Part shown: positions 36,459-48,077 of the stretch, in pieces
Layout: each line of letters starts with the position of its first letter
Numbering within the stretch: the first letter of the stretch is position 1
Source: Pseudovirgaria hyperparasitica
Lineage: Eukaryota
NCBI GenBank assembly: GCA_010093815.1
Contig: ML996571.1
Length of the DNA: 64,000 nucleotides
Strand: one strand, 5' to 3'
Made by a program: the position numbers and the translations under genes
Notes under the pieces: model-generated
The model's input: the letters and a program-made list of their open reading frames with translations, nothing else
Databases searched by the model: none
What the model was told of the DNA's origin: nothing

Positions 36459-36929
36459 ATGCGCCTCAGTACAGTTGTCGCAGCTCTGGCTATCGCTCTT
36501 GTAGGAGCTGCTGAAAACCCCTTTGGTTATCATATTATCGAATATGATGACGACAAATGGTAAGATTCTTACCTCTATTGATAAGTACAAACGTACGACT
36601 AACACGCACCGATGGACAGCGAAGGAAAACTCATCAGTGTCAGCAGCGGGGTCGATGAAGTGATGCTTGATAGCCGCACCAAGTACTTTCGAGTGCGAAC
36701 AAATGGTCCTGGATGGTGGATCGGTCACCCCTACAGCTGCGACTGCAAGGACTGTCTGTGGCAGTATCCTCACGTGGAGCGATACATGTCGGAAGCAGAG
36801 GCGAAGAGACAAGGTTTCGCCGACGCTCGTACATTCAACCGAGAGAAACAAGGTGCGGACACCTGTTTCACAAGACAAAATGCCATCTGGAATAAGGATG
36901 TTCAGTGTCTGCGACTTGGTGGCACCTAG
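36459..36929 (+). CDS. Small secreted 6-Cys protein, 136 aa, effector candidate (exons 36459-36559, 36620-36929)
   Basis: Signal peptide MRLSTVVAALAIALVGA; intron GTAAGA..GACTAAC..CAG; product ...YDDDKCEGKLISV...SCDCKDC...TCFTRQNAIWNKDVQCLRLGGT. Confidence 0.82.
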
Positions 36930-37616
36930 CGACTCCAATAGCCAGGTGTCCATGGGCATACGTGGAGGCTTTGTTGATGGCGTAAGCGTTTTAAGGTCCT
37001 GTACTTGATTTTGGGACGACAATTTCTTCATCTTGTCTTCGACGAGGATTTTCGAGGCATAGAGGTTTCCATCTGATCATTGAGATGATTTCTTTTGTGG
37101 CAATGCCACATCCCGATGTATGGAGGTGGTCAACTAGCACGTGTGAATTCTACATAGGGATCAATCAAATTTGCAATCACGTTCGTACCTTTCGCGTGCG
37201 TTAACATATTGAACAATCCGGCATAATGGTATTGAAGAAAAGGACATCAGGGTAGGTTTGCGGTCAATCGATGTCATGGCAATGCCAAGACCACGACGCT
37301 TGGACCGCAGCGACGTGTGACTTCCGGCAACCAACTGCCACTTCTGAGTCTCTGACATTCTGTCCTCCCAGTCCTTCACGGATACACATACCGCTCTGCG
37401 AGAAGGCACACGCGCCTTGTCGAGTACCTTGTGCCTCTAATAATATTGTCCGCCCTCTCCTCACACTCATTAACAGCACCAGCGAGACTCGAGAAGGTAA
37501 GCGTCAGAAATATGCTCCGCAGGGTCCACTCTCTCCACCCCACTGTATAATTCTGCCTCTACAAAACGGGACGATCTAACACAACAACTAGGAACACACA
37601 CACTCATTTTGCTACT

Positions 37617-38393
37617 ATGGACTCGATGCGATCCCTCAACACTTCGTTGCCTTCGACAACATCACCGAAAAAACACAACCAACCTCCAGAACAACTTCTC
37701 CAAGCGTTCAGGGCTGCCGCACTTTCGGTCACAAATCTGTACAAAACTGCCGCTTCGGATCAGGCAGCAGCACATGAAGCCGGCTATCAAGACGCGGTCG
37801 AAGATCTCATAGCTTTCCTGGACAAAGAAAACCTAGGATCGGGAAGTACAGATGGTTCTAGGATAAGACAGTGGGCTACGGAACGCCTCGCTGGTTCCGC
37901 ACCCCCTCAGAATAACAGCGAGAGCGATGAAGAGACGGAAGTAGAGAAACGAGCCCGTAGCTCTTCCCCAGTTCTGGAACGCAAGTCTGTTCAAGAGACG
38001 CAACAGACGCCTACAGCGCCGACGCCCATAGAGCGTCATGACTCGGCGCCCCCAGTATCGCCGGACGAGACAAGTCGATCGATACCCTCTGGGGAGTTTA
38101 CTTTCCGATCAAGCCACCCTTTTCCAAGCACGAATGACGTTGATATGGAAACCACCGATAATAGCCAAAGCTCTACCACACAAGTACCCGCCATGCGACT
38201 CGAAATCCACCCACGAGGATCAAGAAACCCTCCCCGACATGGTAGTCGGAACCGCAACGCGAACTCTGCAAACCTGGGACATGGTGCCGGGATGAAAAGA
38301 CGGCATCAACTCGAAGAGTTCTTCGACATTGGCAACTTCGGCAACGGCAAAGACCGATTTGGTGGCGGGGGCAAGAAAGGGCGCTTCTCATGA
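37617..38393 (+). CDS. Conserved fungal hypothetical protein (possibly YJR056C/HAPSTR1-like N-terminal helical domain)
   Basis: 258-aa ORF; LLQAFRAAALSVTNLYK...AGYQDAVEDL..FLD..RIRQWATER motif followed by a disordered tail with basic ends. Confidence 0.75.
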   Translation: MDSMRSLNTSLPSTTSPKKHNQPPEQLLQAFRAAALSVTNLYKTAASDQAAAHEAGYQDAVEDLIAFLDKENLGSGSTDGSRIRQWATERLAGSAPPQNNSESDEETEVEKRARSSSPVLERKSVQETQQTPTAPTPIERHDSAPPVSPDETSRSIPSGEFTFRSSHPFPSTNDVDMETTDNSQSSTTQVPAMRLEIHPRGSRNPPRHGSRNRNANSANLGHGAGMKRRHQLEEFFDIGNFGNGKDRFGGGGKKGRFS

Positions 38394-38844
38394 ATGACAT
38401 GTACGACTGATCCATGATGTTCTCGAATACCTGCATCGACAAAGGCGTTTATCACGGACCTCGGTCCACGATCGGAGACAGTTTTGAGACTTAGCAATGA
38501 TGGGCTGCATGGCGCGGGGCCCTTTGACGATTTGTTTGCATTCGATCGGTATGAATAAACGCAGAGGACACGATATTGCGGCGGAGCAAAGGCGATGTCA
38601 CGACATAGAATTATACCCTAGTTGAGCTTCATCCCGCATTTCTGTGCATAGCGGGTCTTGATACATATACAAATACAAATACATACGATGACCTCCCGAC
38701 TGACTTCCTGGCTGGTCTTTTCCATGCTGTCCTCCCACTACCGCATATATACAATCCCACCACCCAGCCTTATTCTCCTATCCTCTTATCCTCCCCCCAA
38801 CCTTCCTTCCTCATTTCCCCCATCCCCGATCCCATATCCCAAAA

Positions 38845-39312
38845 TCACATTACCCACCGATACAGCCCCATCCCCACCAACATTGCCGAAATCCCCGTAA
38901 TCCCACTCCGCCGCGCATGCACCCCAAACCGCGACGCACTCTTCGCTATCCGCCGCTCGTTCTCCGTTATCTGCCGCTGTCCTTCGTAGTATGTGTATGC
39001 GCCCAGTCCGACGAATGCGGCTGCGCCTGTGAGTGTGGGTGTGCTTGTGTCAGTTTTTGTTTCTTTCTTCGTTTTGGGGGAGGGAAGAGGAGTGAAGAGG
39101 AGGGGGAGAAGGATGGGATGGGATGGGATGGGAGGAAGGTTAGGAAGTTACACACCCATTACTCGGCATGGCATGCAGTCGTAGTCTGGCGGGAGGTCTG
39201 TGGCGGAGGCTTTTGGCGAGGGGACTTGTTCGAGGGGAGGGTAGGCTCTGTAGGGGTTGTATTTTGGTTTTTCGGGGGGTGGTGTTGTTTGGGAGGGGTC
39301 GGAGGAGGACAT
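38845..39312 (-). CDS. DUF4536 / DMAC1-like small membrane protein, 112 aa (exons 39312-39156, 39026-38845)
   Basis: Not in the ORF track. Spliced product ...PPDYDCMPCRVMGAAAFVGLGAYTYYEG...GITGISAMLVGMGLYRWVM has the DCxxCRxxG motif, two hydrophobic helices and a GLYR ending. Confidence 0.85.
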
Positions 39313-39366
39313 TGTTGAGGATAAGGTGTGCGTGGACTTGGGCTGGAGCTTTCGGGGCGGTTTTAT

Positions 39367-39398
39367 TGGTGGTGGTGGTGGTGGTGGTGGTGGTGGTG
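39367..39398. repeat. (GGT)n microsatellite, about 10 units
   Basis: Directly visible upstream of the DMAC1-like start codon. Confidence 0.95.
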
Positions 39399-39694
39399 TC
39401 TACGTTGTGCGTGCGAAGATGTTTTGTGAATTTGGGATTTTGGTATGGTGTTTTGGATAATAATTATGATATGGAAGGTGAGGCTGGAAAGGTGGAGGTA
39501 TCAAGGATTCGCGTGCGGGATGAGAACTGCGCTACGAGCTATCAGACGGGAGCAAGGTTGTGGATGAGCAATCTTGAGATTGTAACTTGCTTACGGCGCA
39601 TAGGCGTGAGCATCTAGATTCAAATATACAAGTGAGGTATGCCAAAGCTAATGTAACAATTGCGAGTCCAGCGCAGCATCTGCGCGAACATCTA

Positions 39695-40806
39695 TCACGA
39701 CCCAGAGTTTCTGGCCTTCTTGCGACTGCTCGTACTCTCTCGATCAGCAGGATCTCTCTTCCTCTTGCCTCCCTTCCCTCCCTTTGGAGGCTTGTAGGCA
39801 GCATCATCGTCTCCACCCTTGCTTTTTCGACCGCCTCGACCTGTGACAACAGGAGCCTCGATGAAGGCAGTTTCCTCATCGACATCTTCCTCCGGCTTCA
39901 CTGAGCCCTTGGCCTCGCTCTTGCGCTTCCCGCGGGCAGCGCCCGTCGCTCGTGGTGCTGACTTCTCCGACGCGACTTCGTTGTCGGGCTTTGGGTCTTG
40001 GAGGAAGACCTGCGGCTGGTAGCGGCGCAGCCAGTTGTATGCACTATCAGGATTGGAAACGCTTACTTCCTTTTCCGACGGGATGGGGACTTTCGACACC
40101 ATATGTATTGGACGTCCCCCTCTTTCGGACGATGACGACGGGTCGGCGAGAACAGAATCAAGCGCCATGAGATGCTCTTCCTCATGCGCAGGCGTCATGT
40201 AGCCTGGCAGTTCGTCTCCAAGCAGGTCCTCGGGCAGGTGCTCAGCGGGGTAATGCGTATGCGGTGTGTGTTCGAGCAGGTAGCTAAGGGATTTTGGCTT
40301 CAGTCGATCGGGTGCATCGCCGTTTGTTGTGCCGTTGCGCGATTTGCCTCTGCTCGCGTTGGGATCTTGTTCTGTCTCGAGTGAAGGCACGACTGATGCA
40401 CTGGGCGAGGGAGAGCGAATATCGTAGTTGAAGTGTTGAGGCAGGCGTTTCTCTTCGTTGATGTCGAGGAGGAGTTCTTGGAGCTCACTGGTGGTGGTCA
40501 ATAAATACCCTCTCCAAGTCCAGGACAGATGTAGCATACTCTATTTGCTCCTGTAGTCGACGCGCAAGGGCCATAGAACGGTGTTCTTCGCGAATGAGTT
40601 CATTGCTGGATTGCATTTCGTTCTTGAACATCCATCGTATCTTCTGGTATTTCCTTCTGCGAAGGGTCAGACCGGCACACTCTCGACACTCTCGACACTC
40701 TCTTGAAGCTTGCTTACCGTAGGGATTTCTGTGACTTGTTCGGATCCTGGGGTACTGACGGCGCGTTTGCAGGTGTCGCCGATAGAGATTCCTGGGCGGA
40801 TGCCAT
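39695..40806 (-). CDS. IEC3: INO80 complex subunit Iec3; introns 40657-40717, 40488-40539
   Basis: KSLRRKYQKIRWMFKNEMQSSNELIREE..LARRLQEQIDELQELLLDIN, YMTPAHEEEHL, NPDSAYNWLRRYQPQVFLQD and a basic C-terminus. Confidence 0.82.
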
Positions 40807-41494
40807 TGTGGACAAGAAGTGCAGAGGAAAGGTGCGAGTTGCTGTAGATGGCGTGGACGAGGCTCCGTGTTCGAACAATGCCCTGAGCTGGACAGAGAGA
40901 GGCAGGGGAAGTTGCGGCGCGACGGAAACTAAATTCTTGGATGCCTCAGGCCGCAATAAACGGTATCTATCGTCGGCAGGCCTGGAACTTCGCCCGATGC
41001 GCGTCAATCAGCTGCTTTGAGAACGACGGGCAGCTTTTGTTGGCTCTCCGGCTTGTCTCGTGTCTCGTGGCCCAACTGTGTGTGACTTTATTCTTCTTGT
41101 GTTCCACAATTACCATCTTCTACATCAGCTTCATCAATCGACCTTCTTCTTGACGCTCGTTATTCCCTTCTCCATTTCCCCCCCTCTCTCCCTCTCTCTC
41201 TCCGCGGGCTGTTCGGAATCTGTCCACGCGGCATAAATAAGGTGAGTTCACTACGGGCCCTGAGTCACTACAGTTCACTTTGTCTGACGTACGTCTGCTC
41301 TCAGGTCATCGAAATATTCTCGCTGTTCACTCGACGTCTTGCCGCGCTACCGATCTCTCTACTTCTCCCGTCGTCACCCTCCGTCACGTATATTATATTT
41401 ACTGGGCTGACCCTCACGGCCTTTCTACGCTCAACATCTCCCCCCCCGAACCACACCCATATATCACAACGATCACCCCACCTACAATCTCAAG

Positions 41495-42200
41495 ATGCCT
41501 CTTGAACCAAGTGCTGTCAGAAGAAGACGCTCAAGTAGCCTGATCTACACGGAGCCAGCAGAGTCATTCGAGCAGCTGACCGACCAGTCCGCGCTCCCGA
41601 ACCTCAATTCCCAATGGGTGAATGCCAAAGGTAGGCAGACTCATAAAAAAAACTAGTAGTGTACAAATCCAGCACAACAGAGCAAAAAGCATACTGACAA
41701 GGATATCTAGGCGCCTGGGTCATCCACTTTGTGCTCATCTTCGTGCTCAAGATCGTGTTCGACATCATGCCGTGGATCTCGCAGGAGACGTCCTGGACGA
41801 TGACAAACATCACGTACATGTGCGGCTCGTACCTCATGTTCCACTACGTGCGCGGCGTGCCCTTTGACTTCAACGCCGGCGCCTACGACAACCTCAACAT
41901 GTGGGAGCAGATCGACAATGGCGAGCAGTACACCCCCGCCAAGAAGTTCCTCCTCAGCGTCCCCATCATTCTCTTCCTCATCAGCACCCACTACACCCAC
42001 TACGACCTCTCGTACTTTGTCATCAATCTCGTCGCCACTCTGACCGTCGTCATACCCAAGCTTCCGCAGGTGAGCCGCCCTTGCGTCCCTCCCCCCCGGC
42101 CCTTCACTCATGTAGAAATGCCTTTGCTAACTCAAACCCCGAATCATAGTTCCACCGCCTGCGCATAGGCCTCTTCACAGATCCACCAGAGGATCGCTGA
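41495..42200 (+). CDS. ORM1: ORM1/ORMDL sphingolipid homeostasis protein; introns 41631-41710, 42070-42149; probable 5'UTR intron about 41242-41304
   Basis: RRRRSSS, DQSALPNLNSQWVNAKGAWVIH, FHYVRGVPF, WEQIDNGEQYTPAKKFL, IPKLPQFHRLRI. Confidence 0.95.
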
Positions 42201-42267
42201 TTGTTCTCACGTCAGGTTTTGGTATCTGTTGGGCGTTGGGTCACTGTACATTTAGTCGCTACACTAC

Positions 42268-42497
<230 letters not shown>

Positions 42498-43317
42498 CCA
42501 TCCAAAAAACGGCATGCATGTGTGTTGGTGTATTTCTTGTCCCTTGTTCTTCCTTCCTTCTTTTTCTTCTTCACGAACGATATCATGGGGGGGGGAGGGG
42601 ACAACAAAAAGAAAGAAGACACTGCAGTGTATGTAACTTGCTTACTACTTACTTATATTAAAACTTGCTAGGTAGTTCAGTTTTTTCCCCTCCCCCCTCT
42701 CCCTATCTAGCTAAGCTCTAAGCTATGCCAGCTTAACGGAATGAATCGGGCAAGGGGCAAGGGGGCAGCAGCAGCAGGAGGAGGAGGAGGAAGAAGAAAA
42801 AAAGGGAAAATGCTGCTGTTATATATACATGTATGGTTCTGAAACAATTGCACCATGACTTACTTACTTCCTTGTGGTGTTCGCGTCTGTGCTAACTACT
42901 TTTTTTTCGCTAAAGAGAAGGAGAGAGAAGGAGAGAGGGGAAGAGGGCTAACAGACTAAGTCGATTGGATGACTAGGTTTATGCAAAATATGACGTGTGT
43001 ATGGATGTATGTGTGCATGTGCGTTTGGAAAGGAAGATGAGACGTATACGTGTGTTGTGTGTCTTTGTGTGTGATTGGGCAGTGGTTCTGAGACGATTAT
43101 GATGATGCTACCTGCCATGTGTAGCAATTAATATGCACCCCAATGGGCCATTTTTTTTACCTATCCATCTGCAGTCCATCTCTAGACAGATAGACAGACA
43201 GGCAGACAGACAACAAGCCGTACCACAATCAAGAAAGCAGAGAGCTCCGAAAACGCCCTTGACCGAATCCAATACACGCCACATGACCTGAGAAAAGCCC
43301 GTCCGCCTCAAATCACT

Positions 43318-45316
43318 CTACGCCGTCTCAATCCAGTCCGGCACACCATACAACTCCCTCCTACTCATCCCCCTCCGCCGTTCTCCCTCTTCACCACTTG
43401 CACCACCCAATCCACGCTTCAACACCGGCTTATTCTGCTCAACCTGCGGGTCCTCGCCCTCCCTCAACCACGGCCCCTTATCATCGCCAAACACCCGCAC
43501 CTCCATATCCTTGCAAATATCCAGGCCCCACTCGCGATACACATCGCCGTGCTCGCCCGTCCACACGCCGCCCAGCCCGCCACGCGTGTCCCAGCGCCAG
43601 TCGCCGCCGACGTAGCTGCTATGCATTGCAATAGGGCCCTGGGGCATGGTGCGGAGGTATCTGCGCAGGAGGGCGCGCGCGTGCGGGCTGAACCAGAGGG
43701 TTGTGTAGAGCTGGGAGCGGGAGACGGTGTGGTGGGCGGGATCCTCGCCGGGGCTGGAGAGGGAGAGGGCGGCGGGGATGGAGAGGAGGTAGGTGTTTGT
43801 GAGGAGGGGGAGGTCTGCGAAGGAGGTGTTTGCGGGCGGGAGAGTGTCGAGGGCGGGGTCGGGTTTGAGCTCGTTGATGTAGTGGAGGAGGTTGGCTTTG
43901 GGGAGGAGGTGGGAGCCCGGGATGGCGGTTTCGAAGGGTGGGGAAGAGTGGGTGAGGGGGATGGGGAGGGACGGGAGGAGGGGGTCGGCGTGCGAGGCGG
44001 CGCGGAGAGAGGGCGTGTCGGAGTAGGTGAGGAAGGTTAGCTCGTCGGAGGCGGCGAGGGTCATGGGTTGGAAGAGGATGGAGTAGTAGTCGAGGCCCAT
44101 ACTGAATTCATAGTTGCGTGCGGCGGATATGACGAGGTCTTGGGATAAGATAGATGGGTCGCCAGGGGTGACTTGGATGCCGGTTTTCTCTGAGAGCCAT
44201 TCCGGCCAGTGGTACTTGTCGGTCTGCCCTGAGTTGATGGAACGAGCGAATTCCTGCTCTCCGAACAAAGAGGCGAAGATGGTATGAGCGGATGTATGCG
44301 AACGATCTGCCCATCGTGAATTTTCGCTGTGCTCGGTGATTTTTTGAACAGCGGCTGCAAATAGCTTGCGGAGGTCGCCTGCCGGTCCGATGATGCTGTC
44401 AGATGACAGATACTTTGGTCGGTTTCGAGATCCGCCAGGTTCACTGTCTGTTTGGGTGCCGTAGATAGTGGGTGGAAGAGGCGGTTCTGGCACTGCCGCA
44501 CATGCTGGTTCATTCTTCATCCACTCGTCACAAAGTTTTGCAGGCGAAAAGAATATGGTCTGATTCAAGGCATGGCCATTGACCCCGTTCTTGTACTGCT
44601 TCGCCAGGCGTGCGTTCGCCTCCCTCACAAGCATCTGATACTGCTTAATGAGAACATCTGAGGGCAACTGGAACAAAGTCTTGTCTGCCTCGACTATGAG
44701 GACCAGATCATCATCGTTTATCGTCCTCGACTTCAGAAACTCGTTGACGCCTTTGATCTTGTCCATGTCCTTCTGGTAAGTCTGACCCGGAGGGTATCCG
44801 ATGCCGTATTTGGTGATTGTAGCAGCAGGGTAATTAAGCACCATAGACGACAAGTAGAATTGGCAGAATTCGAACTGCCCTTCCGATTGGGGAATTATGA
44901 GGTGGAAGGCTGGGTTGCCTTTGAGAAGGGCTTGGGGGACTATCTTGTCGCCAGATTCTATTCCTACAGCAGTATCCGAAAGAACCAGCGGCGACTGATG
45001 AGCATATGCATTCGTACCCGCAGAATTCTTCGTCGTCGTCGAGTTCGATGATTGTGAGTAGTAGTATTTCGTTAATGATTCGCGATATGAAGACATGGAC
45101 TTGTAGTGATATTAGCAGTGTGCGTATATGAACGGCGCAACTCTTTGAACTCACGCTTGAGGGAGGAGGCATGGCGATGAGAAGGATCATCAGCACGGCC
45201 AATACCAGTGCCCATCTTCCTCTTCTGCTGTTCAGGAGCTGTAAGGCAGCATCCCTAAGACCGCCGGGGGCGAAAGTCGGCCTGCTCAGCACACCAAAAT
45301 TATCTGTTATGGCCAT
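43318..45316 (-). CDS. Type II membrane protein with PLOD-GT / ESAG3-like glycosyltransferase-fold domain (degenerate motifs); intron 45100-45154
   Basis: N-terminal TM (WALVLAVLMILLIA); FHLIIP..FC..SSMVLNYP, DDDLVLIV....LFQLPSDVLI, ACAAVPEPPLP..IYG, RPKYL....IIGPAGDLRKLF, LFGEQE, YEFSMGLDYYS. Confidence 0.75.
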
Positions 45317-48077
45317 GACTGCCTTTGGAGGAATTGGATTGAGGATGTGGAGGGTCTGGAAAACGAGCTCGAATTCACTATGCTCTCAGCTCATCAGGAA
45401 TAGCGGTTGACGAAGAAGTGGTATGTGTGGAGAGGCGGAGGTATTACGATTAAGGCGAGATCCACGCAGTCTTCATGGCATCGAAGTTGCGAATGAAGCG
45501 TAAGATTGTTCAAAGATGGCAAACAAGTCGCCAAGGAGTTTGTGAGATGTTGCGAGAGTGAAGATACGGTCCTGGAGAAGGTGAGTACAAAGTAAAGGCC
45601 ATTGAGGCTGGGCTGAGTTGGAGATTTGACCCTTTTCCCATGATAACTTAAGTCAGCTCTCTTTCTAGGCTGGCTGGCCCATGTTCCATTGCCTTTTCTG
45701 GCCCCCAAGTCCCGCCTGGTCCAGCAGCTAAATCAGAGCAAGGACCCCCTGTTGCCAGCTCCAACAAGCCGCCAACCCCGCCCAGTTTGGCCTGCACGGA
45801 GCACGCTGAATGGTCATGACGCGTCGCTAACAGCCCTAATTTATTCTTAGTATAATTAGTCGAGCTCTCTGTCGTGTCGCCCAGTGGCCTGGATCTCTCT
45901 CCTTTGTTTGATGTATCGCAAATATTCATCTTGTTCATATTTCAATAAGTTGGCCTACATCTGAGCTGGTCTGCTGCCACAAGGTTGATGCGAATACATG
46001 CGAGCCGTCGAGGGTGGTCAGGGTCGAGCTTCATGCAACGTAGACACTTGAATTATCAATGCCATCGCTACGAGTCCAACATACAATGGTAGATAGAAGA
46101 AGCCTGCCAACAGTCTGGTAAAAAGCGCGAACCAGATACAGTTTCTCGCTTGATGAGCACGTCTTCCATTATACGGTGCAAATCAAGTACCTTATATCGA
46201 AGAATGACTTGAGTAAGCGGAGAAGGCCTCTCAGAACTTCACATTCGCTTCTTCCTGGCCATTTAAAGTGCATCTGAGTTCTGACACGATGCATTGGTCC
46301 ATGACTCCAAGTTCGTGCCAGTCGTCTTGCTCCTCTCTGTTGCACTGGCTCCGTACGACCATGACTTCTACCACGGGACATCCATGGATGCACTACACGC
46401 GTACGCTAACACTCCATCAGTCTACGCTGTGGTCTCAAGAATACTCGAAGTTTAGGTAGCTACCACGAATGATAAACGAACTCAGCTCAAAACCATATCT
46501 GTTCTTCACTGGCCACATCGCGAGGCCGACGTTGGTCCACCACGCCGATCACGGTCGGCAACAAGGCAGCACTGACAATGACTGAGAGCTGACAATGTCG
46601 GAGCACCACAGCATAGGGCGTGGGTGTTCATACGCGATGGTGGATTGGTACGCCAGAGGCTCGGCTCGTAGCGGGCGGTCAGGTCCACGTCGATCTGAGG
46701 ACAGACAATGAGGTGCCGATATTGTGTAATTGTTACAAGAACAATGCGTAGAGAGCAGATGACGGAGCATTTCGGGCTGCCACTCTCTCGCTGGTGCCTG
46801 TTCAAGGCCGATCGATGCAGGGAGGTATCTGACGACGACGACGACGACCAAGCATACCGGTCAACACCAGCTTCTCTCTTATTCGACCACGTAGAGAAAG
46901 GTGTAAGCAGCTCCCTACATGCTCCGATGCGTGAATTAGGCACGAGATGGGCGCCGCAAAAAAGCGATTATTTGGACGATGATATAGAATGCGTGGGATT
47001 GGGCAGAAAGGTCTTTTGCCTGCCCATCATCCATCCCACGATGACGTTGCTGGCTGCTGTACCTGTGCAGTGTGGAGCAACTGGGGTGCAGCTGGAGGTG
47101 CAGCTGGACGTCTCGAGGAGGCGACAATGCAGGAATACTTGCTTAATCAATAACAATATACCTATATTGCAAACACCATGCTCAAGTTGTTATGCGCGTC
47201 GGGCTTTGAGTGGGTGATGATGTTCTACCCTGAATGTTGACGAATTCCTGTGGCGTTTCAGAGAAGAACCATCGTCGGATCCAACGTCCTAAAAGTGATT
47301 GTCGACCAGGGATATTGCCAGTCGCTACAAGTCTTTAGACGCCAGTAATGATGATTGTGAACAGTTGCTGCCTTCAACCTTGTGATTCGAGATCCATTCA
47401 TCAGAGGCAGCCAACAACCAACAACCGCGCGCCTTTGCCGCTAAAACACGGACGGGCCTCTTTGTTCTTTGGTCCTTGAACAGCCACAGCCACCACCTCA
47501 TCAACAGACTACAACAGTACTGTACAGGACCTATTACATCCAGTACGATCAATACCTCACTACACACTCCATCATCCACTGTAGCCCATCCTCCAAGGTC
47601 CGGGCCTCCTTGTCTTCACTTCCTATCCTCCCATTTACCCAGACGGCCCTCCCTCCTCGCTCAAAACCCTGTCCTTGTAACACTCCGCATCCAAAACCGA
47701 ACAATCCCACAAGCTGCGCTACTTTTCTGCCAGCACTCACTTTGCCTTGTCTACAAGCGATGCCCACTGCGCAAGCTCGAAACAAGACAAATCTCTGGCA
47801 AATTTCTCCTCCGTAGAGGTCACACGAACCTCAGCCTCAGTTCACGCGCGTATGACAGCTTACCGTCCGCATATTCGACTCGTTTGTCCTCTCTCACCCA
47901 ACACGGCTTCACCTTTGGCGCCGCCCTCCCAAACAACGAACGACCGCCTACACACAGACCTACACTATTCGCCCACATCTCTTCAACCATATACATTTCT
48001 TCCGAATCTAGACAACCCCATGCTGCTCTGCTACACAACCTCTCTGACATAGTTTTGTCTGGGCTTCATTGGCCGAT

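Noticed and set aside
36423..37031. 202-aa minus-strand ORF covering the secreted-protein gene
   Set aside because: The plus-strand model has a signal peptide, a canonical intron and a paralog; this ORF has no supporting features.
46268..47217. Several 60-170-aa ORFs between the GT-like and DnaJ genes
   Set aside because: No motifs, no consistent splice model and no codon bias that I could support.
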